Positions 1 through 13,352 of a stretch of DNA of 64,000 nt are shown here, one piece after another. The translations under genes and the position numbers were made by a program. The number at the start of each line of letters is the position of its first letter. The stretch's first letter is position 1. Source of the stretch: Zootoca vivipara (taxonomy: Eukaryota); the NCBI RefSeq assembly GCF_963506605.1, contig NC_083277.1, positions 93,868,001 to 93,932,000 of the forward strand, written 5' to 3'. The notes beneath the pieces were generated by a model. It was not told the DNA's origin. It saw only the letters and a list, made by a program, of their open reading frames with translations, and did not search any database.

Positions 1-1164
1 GGAATTACTCTTCATTCAAATATAACAAGTCCTTGGACCATACTGGATTCCACTTATTTCAGAGTGCTCTGGATCCCTGGAGCCTTGTTGTATTATTACA
101 CGCTACCCCAGTCTCTGAGCAGGTTCCAGTCACTTACCCAGGTTTCCTTTGTAAAGAAGGACAGCAGAGACACTGGTGTCGACATATGGTTTATTTACAC
201 GTATGTGCAACCTGAGCCTATGATGGAGGAGCTCACACCATCCACACCCCACGAAGGTCTTGCTTCTCCCATAGCCACTGCCTTGAATTCCAGCAAAAAC
301 CAGGCATGGCTCTGCCTCGCAGGCTTCAGCTTGAATCCATCTCCTACCTCTCTCACACCAACTCCACCTCTGTCTTTCTAACAAAGGGGAGGGGGTACCC
401 ACTTGCTGTTTGGCTGTTTGGCCCAGAGCCACTTCCTTTGTTACTTTGACATCCCATACTTGGAGAGCCATTACTAAGAAACTTGTCTGGTTATTCCAAA
501 TGAAACTTGAACTTGAATCCTTTCTGGATCCAGGGACTGTGAATAAGGGCCCCCACTCCCCCCAAAATTCACAACACTACTTTGCCCCTGATCCACATCT
601 TCAGCAGTGCTATGACAGCTTTTTGTTCCTTCTCCAGCCAATGCTTTTCATATGATCCATTTTATCTGGGTATGTCAGTGTGAAACAAGGTTTCTTTGAC
701 CTTCCAGAAATAACAAGATGGGCTACATAGCTCACTTTCCTCTCAGCTCTCTGAAGAAAGCGGAGAGAAGAATGAACTGAAATAATGATTTTAGGGAATT
801 GGGGATTTTTGCACACACATTTTTATTTTTATTTTTAAATCTCAGCCTCTCTTCCTGGATTGTTGCTCTATTACTCTTCAGTGCTTCTTGCCAGGACTAC
901 CCCCCCGCCCAAGATGGTGAGAATTTCAATCCTAGTCCCAAGCAGGGGACTTCCTTACATTTTCATTTCAGAATGCCTGCCCTATTGCCATATATTGACA
1001 TTTGTAAGGTGCTCTGGCAAAGGTGAAGGGCAGGTATAAACATTAAACTAAGGTGTAGCCAGCTGACCATGTTTGAAAGACTGCCTCATATATGCAACTG
1101 ACACTGCCCGACCCTCGCCATCAACAGGGACGATTGAATTGCCAGTGTCATTTCCCCTGAATTT

Positions 1165-1578
1165 CTCCTTTTTTCCCCAAACTTTATTTCGGGTTGTTGT
1201 TTTTTTAATAAAAAAAGATGTAAGCCTTTGAGTGCAATTCTCCTGACATACACATTTTGGCAAGCAGTTTTCCTAATATAAAGCATTTTTGTATACATCA
1301 ATAGATGCATTTTTTAATGTATGCTTTCTCCTTGCGAACTGCTTAGAGGCCTTTCTTCACGTGAGCAGTATATACATTTTGTTAAATAAATAAATGTACG
1401 AAAATAATATATGCATTTTGTATACTTTTTATTGTTTGAGAGCTGCATAACATAATTCAGAGAAGTGAGAATTTTTGAAGGATAGTTGTTTTCAGTTTGC
1501 ATATTTTTTCCGAGAATTTTGAATTGGACAGATTCACTTTAGAATGCGCACTGAATTTAATTTATCCCCCATCCCTAG
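1165..1578. mobile_element. Degenerate non-autonomous DNA transposon, probably hAT-like; related inverted copy at ~26711-27150
   Basis: Ends in cccccatccctag; AT-rich internal tgcattttt motifs are mirrored in the 26.7-27.1 kb segment; boundaries approximate. Confidence 0.4.
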
Positions 1579-1608
1579 CCATAATTAATCCTGAAAAGTG
1601 ATTTCAGG

Positions 1609-1610
<2 letters not shown>

Positions 1611-1672
<62 letters not shown>
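1611..1672. repeat. (TC)n microsatellite
   Basis: About 30 perfect TC units. Confidence 0.97.
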
Positions 1673-1677
<5 letters not shown>

Positions 1678-4149
1678 CCCAAAGCTTGATTGTGGTTCCT
1701 TGACTGCATGTTACTGGTCAAATAATTTAGGACATTATGAATTGCTCTTCTCATATCTGTATATCTTCCTAATAATTTATGGATTATTATTATTTAAAAC
1801 AACAACAACAACCATAAAACTTAAAACAAGATGCTTTGTGCTAGTGATATCAATACAGTAACAGCACCTAAATATTCCGAGGAAATTTCACTTGCATCTG
1901 AAGTCCAGTATATCCAATCAACCAGAGTATTTAAATAAATTTGGGGTCGCAATCCTTCCCCCTCTGTTTAACACTATGCACCAGTGCAAAGCTTTGTAGT
2001 GCAAAAGAAAGGACCCATCTTGTCAAATTAGCCAGTTACCTTGACAACATGAGGTACTCAGACTGTGATCCATCTGTCAGAAGCCGGAAATTCCTAGGCT
2101 CTATTTGCTTTTCTAATCCCATTAAATTAAACTTAATCTGGCAGGATGTTCCCTGTTGTTATTGTTGTCGCTTTTATCATTTTATAGCTCAAGTATCTTG
2201 CTCATAATTTTTCCCCCACCTAGCAGAGCTGATGGATGGCTGAATTTATCTGCCACTGTCTAACTGTGGGTGTAATTCATTTAATGTGTTTGCAAATCCC
2301 GGGTAATTCATCTTCGCTCCTGTGCAGCAAAGCTAGGACCACACAGAAGCATAAGGAAGCAAGGCAAGGAACAAGTTTGAATCAATAATAAATGCAGGGA
2401 CCAGATACAAGACACTTAACAATAGGTTGGAGGAGCTGGTGGTGATGGGGTATATGTGAGTATATGGAAGGCAGGCTATTATTTTGTTATGGGAGGAAGC
2501 AAGTTAAAAAAGAGGCGATCTGATGACATAACAATGAAAAATTCTTGCTGAGGTATAAAGGTAAAAGAAATGGCTTTAAAGGTTTCTTTAAATAAGATCA
2601 ATATGAACCGCGTTGTGGATGAAAGAGACAAGAAAGAAGAGAGAGAGAACAAAAAGAGAGGGAGGATGAACAGAATATTACAGAGATGTTGGGTGAAATC
2701 AATTTTTTTTTCCAAATGTCAAGTTAAGTCACCATCAATTTGTCTTTCTGTTACAGAACCGAATGTTCCTAACATCGTACGAATTAACTGCCTTGTAAAG
2801 TTCTGCATATTTGCAGGGAATGAATTAGGATAGGGAAGGAGATTTTAATTTATATTGTATTGAGATAGAAGGGAATAAGGCGGCTCTGAGATTGCAAAAG
2901 GAGTGTAGAATGGCCAGGACGTATGAGAATCTAGGGTCGCTACCTTCCTTCCCGTGATTTTTACACTTCCGTAGCAGACAGAAATTCACAGGTGAATTTT
3001 CCAAGCAAAGAGAGATGAGGTGAAAGAGAAACTTTAACTTTAACTTCAGCTGCTTGATGCTGAAGGAACAGGATAATTGCTAGAAAAAAGGTGGCCACTG
3101 CAGTTCAACTGAAACATGAGAGGTACAAGAAGTTCAGGAATGGAAGTTGGGGGGGGGAGAAACCCTAGCATACACATGTGTGGCAACACAGAGGCAGGGT
3201 GTGTTACTCCATTGTGGTTAAAACCTAAATAGTTGACATTGTGCTGCCCTGAATAGTAAAGCTGCCACCCCAGAGATGTTTTCTCACCCTGTCTAATGGT
3301 AGGGCTGGCCCCAGGTCTGCTTTACATGCTTCATCCCCAACAGCAGTGTGGAAGGTTAGAGCTGGAGAGATGCCTTCCCAACACCAGTAGGGCAGGACAG
3401 CCATGAGTTTGGGGTGGGGCAGATGCACTGATGGCTGTGCAACTGAGTCCCACCATACTGGCTGCTAGTGAGTCTCAGCATGCAAATTGCTTCCACATGG
3501 CTGTGTTCTATGCGGCGACTGTAATGGCTGGAAGCCGATTTTTACGTGACTTTCCCTCATCATGTGGAGACCTTCTGTGTTAGCATTGCTCTCCTGCCAT
3601 AGAGTGCATCCATAGATTGAAACAGATGGCATAGGGCATTCAAACAGTCACTGTGCATAGAGTGACTTTCTTGCCGACTTTCACATGGGCCTCAACTGAA
3701 TTGCAATCCTTTACTTTTTAAGAGGCCCAGAAGTTTGGTGCCATTGTACATTTTCTAGGTTGGTACCACCCCCATCTTTCACGTTCCAGGCGGCACCATT
3801 GGATACTGTGGTCTGGTGCTGAAACCACCACCATACCTATATCTATAGTTTCACAGTCGCCATGTTACGTAGGCCATGACAATAGTTTTCCTTGAGTTTA
3901 GATTAGCTGTTGAAGAATTTAGATTCCTGAGCGGAAATGCCATTTTCTCTGCAATGTGTGGTGGACAGTAAGATGGACTATAACCACTGCCAGGAATTAA
4001 CATGGTACAGTAATCGAGGGGGGGAAATAAGGTTGGGACTGAGCTCACAGATGGCAAGTTTAACCCTTCTGCCTAGCTTTGGAAACACGAAGAACCCAAC
4101 TTAGTAGGACTTCTCCCATTTAGTGGCTGCTTTCCCTTTGCTCCCTCAG

Positions 4150-4309
4150 GTATGCGCATCCTGGTCACGCTGCTTTTGGACACGCTTCCCATGTTGGGGA
4201 ACGTTCTCCTCCTCTGCTTTTTTGTCTTCTTCATCTTTGGTATTGTTGGAGTCCAGCTTTGGGCAGGGCTGCTCAGGAACCGCTGCTTCCTGCCAGAAAA
4301 CTTCAGTTT
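4150..4309 (+). CDS. CACNA1G: CACNA1G exon ~5 (160 nt): domain I S4-S5 linker and S5, (S)[52 protein letters not shown]
   Basis: Acceptor ctccctcag|, donor |gtaagt; translation matches Cav3 IS5. Confidence 0.96.
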
Positions 4310-5330
4310 GTAAGTATGAATGAGGCACCTGAACATTCTTAGGGTATGCTTGCATAGGGGTTTTATATGTGCATGGTGGTGAAGCAAGGAGTTTCTCTAG
4401 ATAAACATGCTAATCCCAGCAAGATTTGAGGAGTTTGCGTCATGCAGCCGCCGTTCCCTCCATTCTGTTTGCTTGCCTTTGTGGGTGAACACTCAGTTTG
4501 CATATTATCACTTCAACTTTCTTGCTGTGGTATGTTTTTTGGCGCAAGATTCACAGGTTCTTTTCCTAGTTTTCCTTCTTGGAGAGCAGGAATAGCCAAC
4601 ATGTTGCCTTCCAGACGTTGGCTCCTGTCATCCCTGACCATTGGTCATGCTGGCTGAGGCTGATGCAAGTTGGAAGTCACAACAACATAGGGAGGGCACC
4701 GTTTTGGCTATTCTTCTTAGCAACCCACACCCCACGCAAAGGGAATTCCATAAATATAAGCAACTCACTATTAATAGTGTTGGTACCTGTTGACAAAATA
4801 CACCTCCGAAGTATGTAGAGGCTGTCTTGTTGATTTATGATTATCAGTACTACTGTGTCAGACATTATTAGGAGGCAATGTTCCCAAATAGTGAACAATG
4901 ATAATAAATACTTTCATGGTGTGTTAAGAATACATTTACATTGAGCCTTAGTGTTTTCAAATGGTTACACCTTTGTTGAGCCTGATCCAGGAAGTCAGGA
5001 TGACGTCTCGTTAATTAATTTCAATGTTACTTATAAATTACTAATTGACTCTGAAGTGGTGTGATTATTTCAGTAGTGAATCTCAAGGCTGTTTTCAAGC
5101 AAGGAGAAGTGGGCTGGAGTGGGGGGAAATATAGTGCATATTGGTAACTTTTGAACAGTCTAAGCAGGTTTGAACACAACATTCTGCTGATAATGCACAG
5201 GAAGTCCAGAATTTTCCAGGTGTTATGGAGATGAACTTTCCAATCTGTTCCCCAGTTACGTTTTTAAGGCGTGAGTAGTGTTAAGCTGGATCAGAAGTGG
5301 CTCTCAAAATAGTGCAGAAGTTAGGTGTAT

Positions 5331-5562
5331 ACATAGAATCATAGAGTTGGAAGAGACCACAAGGGCCACCCAGTCCAACCCCCTGCCAAGCAGGAAACAC
5401 CATCAAAGCATTCCTGACAGATGGCTGTCAAGCCTCTCCTTAAAGACCTCCAAAGAAGGAGACTCCACCACACTCCTTGGCAGCAAATTCCACTGTCGAA
5501 CAGCTCTTACTGTCAGGAAGTTCTTCCTAATGTTTAGGTGGACTCTTCTTTCTTGTAGTTTG
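5331..5562 (-). mobile_element. CR1 LINE 3' fragment
   Basis: Minus-strand peptide LNIRKNFLTVRAVRQWNLLPRSVVESPSLEVFKERLDSHL is typical of the CR1 ORF2 C-terminus; attctatg-type tail. Confidence 0.9.
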
Positions 5563-6674
5563 TAGTACACATGTGTGTACACATGTCTTTTCCTGGCTCC
5601 CAAACTTGCACAAGTCTTCTGTCATTGTTTTTTGGCTTCCACTCCCTCTATCAAGGGGAGCTGGGATTTCATTAACATGCAAAATCCCTCTAGGTAAATT
5701 GGCAATAAAGTAAATGAATTGCTGATCAATTCTGGGTATATCCAACACAGCAGCTACTGGTCTGAGTTTAATTGAACCAGAATGCCAGGATTTCAGCTAA
5801 GCTTCCAGTGGCATTAAAAGCAATACTTCAGGAATTAACCGGGCTGAACTCGCCTTAAATATAGCTCCACAAGCTTTTTGCAATGAGTCCTTGTGGCATC
5901 AGCGAAGTAGCCATTTATTGAGGCAGCAGTACGCTAATTCCCAACAAGTCAGCACTCACTTCCCTTTCCATATCAGGGCAAATGCATGGAATTGGCTTAT
6001 TATCCCAGTAGCATCTTCTGAAGTAATGTTCATTTCTGATGCCAGAAACACAAGTGGTGCCTGCCATGTGAAGGGAAGTATTTAGAAAGCAACAGTAGCA
6101 TTTTAAAAAAGATATTCTGAATCCCAGTAAGGATTTTTCATCTTCTACTTCTAGTCTGAAAAACACCTGCCTAGTCAGTCCTTTTTAAAAATATCATTAT
6201 TCATCTAAATTGACATTTGAGAATGCACAATGAGAATATTGAGAGTGGGGAGGGAAGACATCACTATATCACATTATAAAGCCCGTTATTTACCTAAGCC
6301 AATCCTGGGAGGGTGGGGTGAGGGTCGGGGTGGGAGGGCATTAACTGACTAAAAAAACTGGACAAGGTATAAACAAATCTATTTCTTTATTTTTAAGGAC
6401 AACACTAGTTTGAAAGCTGCGAATTGTTGAGCCAATAGAACGCACAAGATTTTAAAATGTAAACTCGTTAAAAAAAAGCTTAGATAGACCAGGCTGTTGC
6501 CTGCTTTCTTGCACCTTCTCTTCCCTACCTTTGCTACTGGGATGGTAAGAAAAGTTCGTGAGCATCTTGGCTAATGTTTATCCTGAGCACTTAAGGCTAG
6601 ATTACTAAGGGTTATGACTTTTGGCATTTTTCACTCTTACTTAAATATTGTATTTCAATAATTATGCAAATCAG

Positions 6675-6721
<47 letters not shown>
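6675..6721. repeat. (ATT)n microsatellite
   Basis: Perfect run. Confidence 0.95.
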
Positions 6722-7219
6722 GGTTTCCCTCAAATAACTTCAGTTGCTGTATGCAATCCACAAGGGCATAATAATGGATGTACTAGAATCAGAAAATTTG
6801 GCTCATTCATCTCAGTGTCCAGCCTCTGATAGCTGATCCCCAGCAGTTCAGATGAAATTGTTCAAGAAAGGGCCATTTTGGAGTGATATGCTATCAGACA
6901 TTCATGATGAACTTCAAAATATCCACAGTTTAAAGACATCTGAAAAAATGAAATTGCACTCCCAGACAGTCGAAATGCCCCAACCCTCAATTAATTTGTG
7001 TGATGGCTTTTTCTGAACCCAATTATCCTATTCACCCTTGTAACATCTCAGGGCCATATTAACTTTGTGAATGAGTACTTTCCTCTTTTCCAGTCAGTTG
7101 CCTGTTAACACCACTATGCATCCCTCAGTTATAGAGAAATTTGTTTCCTCCATTTCCACATACACACACACACTGGCTGATCCTGGGTATTTAACCTGCA
7201 CTTTTCTGTTTCCTTTAAG

Positions 7220-7511
7220 CCCTTACACAATCGAGGTGGAAGCATACTACCAGACAGAGAATGAAGATGAAAGCCCTTTTATCTGCTCTCAGCCTCGAGA
7301 GAATGGGATGCGTTTATGTCGCGACATCCCAACAAGGAGGGAAGAAGGTCTACAATGCACCTTGGACTATTATTCCTACAACGACACCACAAACACCTCT
7401 TGTGTCAACTGGAACCAGTATTACACAAACTGCTCTGCAGGGGAGCACAACCCTTTCAAAGGAGCAATCAATTTCGATAACATTGGATATGCATGGATTG
7501 CAATATTTCAG
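7220..7511 (+). CDS. CACNA1G: CACNA1G exon ~6 (292 nt): domain I extracellular S5-P loop, [20 protein letters not shown]...[14 protein letters not shown]
   Basis: Acceptor tttcctttaag|, donor cag|gtgaac; phase consistent with neighbouring exons; lies within ORF 7071..7571. Confidence 0.95.
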
Positions 7512-7914
7512 GTGAACAAAGGGACTCACCCAACTCCAAGCTTGCTGTATCAACAGGCTATCCTTCAGTGACAGGGAAAGCTAGGCCAACCTTTATTGTC
7601 CCGTAGTATATATTTTTTATATGCAAAGAATAATAATTTGTGGTTGAGAATCACCAGTTGTTATTCTTCAGTTCGATCAAGCATGGGGTCGACACTCGTA
7701 TGAAATGATTTTTTACCTTGGGGTTGTGTCATTCTTCATTGATTTCAAAGCCTTTGTGTTAAGGGATCCGACAGATGACCTAGTATAAGTAATAGCGCTG
7801 GTGTATCTTCTTGAACATCCATAGATGCTTGCCCATGCTTCCTATCCTTGAGAGTCCTGCATCCGCTGGTACAAGCTAACTGATGCCTTCCTTTTCCTTT
7901 TCTCTTGCCTACAG

Positions 7915-8007
7915 GTCATCACTCTGGAGGGCTGGGTAGATATTATGTACTTTGTCATGGATGCTCATTCGTTCTACAACTTCATATATTTCATTCTCCT
8001 GATCATT
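7915..8007 (+). CDS. CACNA1G: CACNA1G exon ~7 (93 nt): domain I pore loop and start of S6, [31 protein letters not shown]
   Basis: Long pyrimidine tract plus acag|, donor |gtgagt; contains the selectivity-filter Glu in TLEGW. Confidence 0.96.
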
Positions 8008-9798
8008 GTGAGTTATCTCTCTAGTCTTCATGGCAACCAGAGGCGTTGCACTCAAGAGAAAGAAACATTGGGGGGGGGGACAGAGGAAAGGAGAGTTGTA
8101 AGCGGAGCCTGAGCGAGATGGTAGCCCATTAGCAAAGGATGTATTCTAGCTTTCCTCCCTGTGTCTCTTGTGCATACAAGAGAGAGATGTGGCAAATGAG
8201 AACACTGACTGACTAAAGTGATAGTGAAGGTCTACGGGTAGTAAGAAGAAAGTAATGGAAAGCAATGAGGCATGAGGTGTTTGTTGATTTGGAGCCTAGC
8301 ATACACATGGCATTCTGCTTCAAAAGGCATTTTGCAACATCCGAGGCCAACATAAACATTATTTACATGATTCAGCCAAAGCTAAGTACTTTTGTCATAT
8401 GATTTCAGTGACAGGAGTTAGCACATGTTTAACTCGCGTTGAAATCAGTGGAACAGAAAAATGCTTAACTTTAGCTGGGCAGTGCCCCAGATACACAGAT
8501 ACACCCCAGATACAGCTGCTGTTGTTGGGCTACAGCCTCTCCGCAATTCCAGTTAACAAAGCGGGAGATCTGTTTGCAAAGCTGCCAATCCTCTCTGCAA
8601 GAAAAAAATCTGTCCTGAAAAGTAAATGCATGGGAGAAAGAAATGCTACTTAATTGTGATAATAAGTAAGCTCTGACTACCAGGAAGCAAAAATTAGAGA
8701 AACCCTTCTAAGTCACAATTAATCTCCCTTCTGCTTTGAGCTCTTTATGTCATCTGCGGAACTGAGGAGTGGGTGTCCCTGAGGTGAGGAAGCTTGAGAG
8801 TCTTTGACGTGGAAGGAAAGAAAAGAACAGGGCAAGGAATATCCACCCCGTGTGAGTCACACACAGAATGTGACGATGACTGCTCTTGACTGGGACGGGG
8901 TTTGGGGCTATGTTTTGTATTACATGACACTAGCCTTTGTTGTCAGCCACTTCCCATATTGTGATTTTTAGACTCAGGTGCACTTCCTGAGTGACTCCTG
9001 GGGCTGAGAACATCAGTGTAGTTTCGTATACATAAGCACACCACCTCTGGATAACAGAGCTGTAGACTTACAAAAGGAGACAGCTTGAATCGGTGTCAGG
9101 AGTTTGCATTACTGGGCAGTTGCCAAAGGGCTTCCTGATGGCCCCTGAAACACCTTCACCCTGTGCCTGCTTTCTGGTGTCACTATCCTCTGTTCACCTG
9201 CCCTCACCAAGCGTAGGAGCAGTTACAAGAGGGAAGAGAAGAAGGAGCAACCCCCACTTGCCTTGACCTCTCCTCCATGTAATGGAGCGGTCTGGACCCA
9301 GAAGCAGTGTGGGTAAGCAAATGAGCAGTGTAGGCGGGCAGGCAGGCATGGAGGCAGGAACCAGTTAGTCAATGGGACCAGTTATTCATGACTTAACTCC
9401 CATTGAAATCAAAGGGAAACAACTTAAAATCTGGATCCAACCCTCTAAGTTTGTCCCCTTGTTAGTCCCAATAAGTCTTCCTTCCAGGCACTGACCAGAT
9501 TATCCTGTACCCTTCAGACCGTAGTATTGGGGGTGGACGTATTGGGGGTGGACGATTAAGAGGTTTGGTGTCAGATTTTTGTTTTTCATCATGTGATGAG
9601 ATAATACTTGTTTAATCTTTTTAAAGTTGGCTTTGAATAGAGCTGTGTGCAAAGTGCCACTTGAAATTCCCCATTCTATTTGCATGCCGATATTTTGGGG
9701 GGGGGGGTGAGAGAGAGGGGGACCATTTTCCATGGTGAAGTTTTCCAACAGTTTCTTGAGGTTTCCCATTAGCATTGGCCCTGCCACCGCCAGTAATA

Positions 9799-9829
<31 letters not shown>

Positions 9830-9831
<2 letters not shown>

Positions 9832-10190
9832 TATTATTATTATTATTATTATTTATACCCCGCCCATTTGGCCGGGTCCCCCCGCCACTCTGGGCGGCTT
9901 CCAACACACATTAAATTACATTAAAATATCACAGATTAAAAACTTCCCTAAATAGGGCTGCCTTTAGGTATTTTCTAAATGTCAGGTAGTTGTTTATCTC
10001 TCTGACCTCTGATGGGAGGGCGTTCCACAGGGCGGGTACCACTACCGAGAAGGCCCTCTGCCTAGTTCCCTGTAGCTTTCTTCTCGCAGTGAGGGAACCA
10101 CCAGAAGGCCCTCGGTGCTGGATCTCAGTGTCCGGGCTGAACAATGGGGGTGGAGACGCTCCTTCAGCTATACAGGACCGAGGCTGTTTA
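9830..10190 (-). mobile_element. L2-like LINE 3' fragment with (TAA)n tail
   Basis: Minus-strand peptide RAFSVVVPALWNALPSEVREINNYLTFRKYLKAALF; 3' UTR resembles the + strand fragment at 28485-28655. Confidence 0.8.
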
Positions 10191-10523
10191 GGGCAGCATC
10201 ACCAACCATATTGGACCACATGAGCTAGTGTTGTATCAGGGCAATGGTGGTGGTTTGCTGAGGTGGTGGACGTAGGAATAAGGGATGCTACCAGAATAAG
10301 TGGTGGTGGTAAATTCCATGAAGTGGTTCTCTTTTACTAGGGGGTTCAGAAAAAGAAAAATCTTAGAAATGTTCCTGGGGGAGGGTGGCTTCAGAGAAAT
10401 TCTGGCTCAGCTCTCGTTTTGAAGATTGTTTTTTTAATGACCAGTTCTCTCTCAGATATACTTGCTTGAGGCTTCCTCCCTGAGTGTAAGAATACTACTC
10501 ACACACCCCTCCTTCCCTTACAG

Positions 10524-11322
10524 GTGGGCTCTTTCTTCATGATAAACCTCTGCTTAGTGGTCATAGCAACTCAGTTCTCAGAGACCAAGCAGCGGGAGAG
10601 CCAGCTGATGAAGGAGCAGCGAATCCGCTACCTCTCCAATGCAAGCACTCTGGCCAGCTTCTCAGAGCCGGGGAGCTGCTATGACGAACTCCTCAAATAT
10701 CTTGTCTACGTCCTCCGTAAGGCCAGCAAGCAACTGGTGCAGGTCTACCGAACCACAGGGGTGAGGATGGGGTTTCTCTCCAGCCCGGGTAGCAAGAGCA
10801 GTGCAGAGCGGCAGCCGTGCAAACACCGGCCGCGGAAAAGGTCCTCGGTGCATCATCTCATTCACCACCACCATCACCACCACCACCACTATCACCTGGG
10901 CAACGGAAGCCTTCAGGCACCACGCACCAGCCCCGAAATCAGCGACGTTGAAACCAGCTCGCTTCACAATGGTGCAAATAGGCTGATGCTCCCTCCATCA
11001 GCCAATCCTCCCCCCACGGCCAGCAACGCTGAGTCCGTTCACAGCATCTACCATGCAGACTGTCATTTTGAGCCCATTCGCTGCAGATCATCTCTCCCGC
11101 CTCAGCCTGGTCTCAGCTTACCGGGACCAGAGGTGCTTCCCAGGACTGTGGTTGGCAGCAAGGTCTACCCTACTGTACACCCAAGTAACTCCCATGAACT
11201 GCTGAAAGAAAAAGGTTTAGGAGAGCCCACGTTGAACCCTGGGGCCAGCACCCTGATGAACCTTAATATTCCCCCGGGACCGTATAGTCCAATGCAGAAG
11301 CTACTGGAGACACAGAGCACTG
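10524..11322 (+). CDS. CACNA1G: CACNA1G exon ~8 (799 nt): IS6, gating-brake region and poly-His I-II loop, [25 protein letters not shown]...LLETQST
   Basis: Acceptor ccttacag|, donor ctg|gtaagt; ORF 10524..11438. Confidence 0.96.
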
Positions 11323-13297
11323 GTAAGTGTTTGGGTAGGGTGTCAGACACTAAGATGCCACTTAGATGGAAGGCAGAGCCGCTGTTCATCCCTAATTTAC
11401 CTTTCCAGGAAGGGCTGCCATTGAATAGGGTCAGGTGAGATTTGGGACGATTCGGGTTGTCCTCAGTTCGGAACTAAGACAAGTTAGTTTATAAGGATCT
11501 AACAAAACCCGTTCATCGGACAGAATTCATTTTGGGTGTGTCGATTACCTCCTCCCAAACTGCCCCACTGGGAAACATGAAATGGGGGCAGAGAATGAAA
11601 AGATAGAGCTTTATTTTTTCAAACTGGTTGTAACAAAGCAACAGGTTAAGCAAATTTGTGTTGATAGCAATTCGGCTGTTCTGTGTACCCCCCAGTAGGA
11701 TGGAGGGGGGGGAAAGAATGCTATGAAGAAAGCATTCCAGACCTGACCCACTTGCTCTAAGTCAGCAGTCTTCAACCTTTTCAGACGAGGGACCTACCCT
11801 TAACCCAAATGAGGACCTTCTTAATTAATTTTAACCATATGTTTGTATGGGGGCCATATGCTGTTATGACCCACCTTAAACCAGGCCCTAAGCCACCAAT
11901 TAAAGATCAGTTCTCTAAACATCCTTCTCTGGGCCTATGTGTTAGAGACAGAAGTGCTGTTTCCATACTTTATCCATCTGTAGGACACATTATGTCAAGG
12001 TGGTGACTGGTAGGCCTCCTATTTAGTTGGAGCAGTCATTCCATCATTCTGAGAGTTGCTGTTGCCTTAATATTTGTCTAAAAGCAAAGAGAGAGAAAAG
12101 AAAGAACTTTGTTCGTGTATGTGGGATCGATGGGTACTGGAGTCCAACAACATCTGTAGGCTACAGGCTCCCGATCCCTGATGTACAGCATTGCAAATGT
12201 GCAAATATTCAGGGCTTTGTACTCAGAAAGTGAATTTGTCTTTGCATCTGTTTCCTGCCTATGTCCATTTTCTTTCATAACAGTGAAGAACAGTCTAATG
12301 ACTTGGTCATTCTTCCTTAACTTCCTAGGAAGGTGACCTCTTAGGCTGCAGTCTTAAGCACACTTACCTGGGAGTGCATTGCAGCCAACCCAACTGAGCA
12401 CAGTGGGACTTGCTTTCAAACAAGCATGCATAGGATCAGGCTGCACATTATGTAACTTTTAAGTGCTGCCCTATCTGAACATGGTGTGTTTTGATAGGCA
12501 GCCACACACCTGTGAGTATTTATATATGCAGATGTGTATGGTGCTTTCCCCTTTAACACATGAGCAGAACATGATGTTTGCCATTAGAGAGATCTACAAG
12601 AAAAACTGTCTGGATGAGATGCGGTGCAGGGCCAGGTAGCCAAATCTTATTATCTGCCTTATATCGGCCATAGGAGTTTCCCCTGCTGGCTTTGAAATGA
12701 GAGAGACATTACAACCGGGCCAGAGGTGCATTCTGGAGACAAACTCTTCATTCCACCATAGCCAGCACAAACTGGAGACTCTTTGTATCCTTGTCGTCTG
12801 GTGGGGTACCATCTGTCAGCTGGCCTCAGCCATTGCAAGAAATGATTTGAGAATGATATGTTTAAGGGGAAGTTGTTAATGTTGAAGTATCAGCAAACAG
12901 CAGGAACACCCAAGCAGCTTGCTGGCTGCAATGCTTGTCTCTAATTACAGCTCCTAATATTCCAGGTGCCAGAAGAGCTGCTTGCTTTTTATTTTACCTT
13001 AATAGCCAAATGTGTAATGAGGTGATTGTGAACTCTTGGCAGTGGACAGCTGTCACTCATTCTTTTCTCTTTTTTATTCATCTACAAAGTTAGTTAGCAG
13101 ACATCCGTGGCTTAGCAATACATTTCAATGAATTAGGGTGTGAAAATGAGCAGTATCGTGGATTTTCTTCTTTGGGAGAGGTGATAAGGTGAAGAAATTC
13201 AGAGGATATTTGACCACACAAATACACACCAAGTATCCTATCTGCTCTTAGGTCATGAGCTTAAGGAGGTGAGATATAATAGGATCAACTGTATCAA

Positions 13298-13352
13298 GTG
13301 TGTGTGTGTGTGTGTGTGTGTGCGCACGCACGCACGCATGCATGCATGCACA
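13298..13352. repeat. (GT)n followed by (GCAC)/(GCAT) alternating purine-pyrimidine tract
   Basis: Direct reading. Confidence 0.85.

Noticed and set aside
3800-3823. REST/RE1 silencer (minus strand TTCAGCACCA)
   Set aside because: Only the left half-site matches; the GGACAG half is absent
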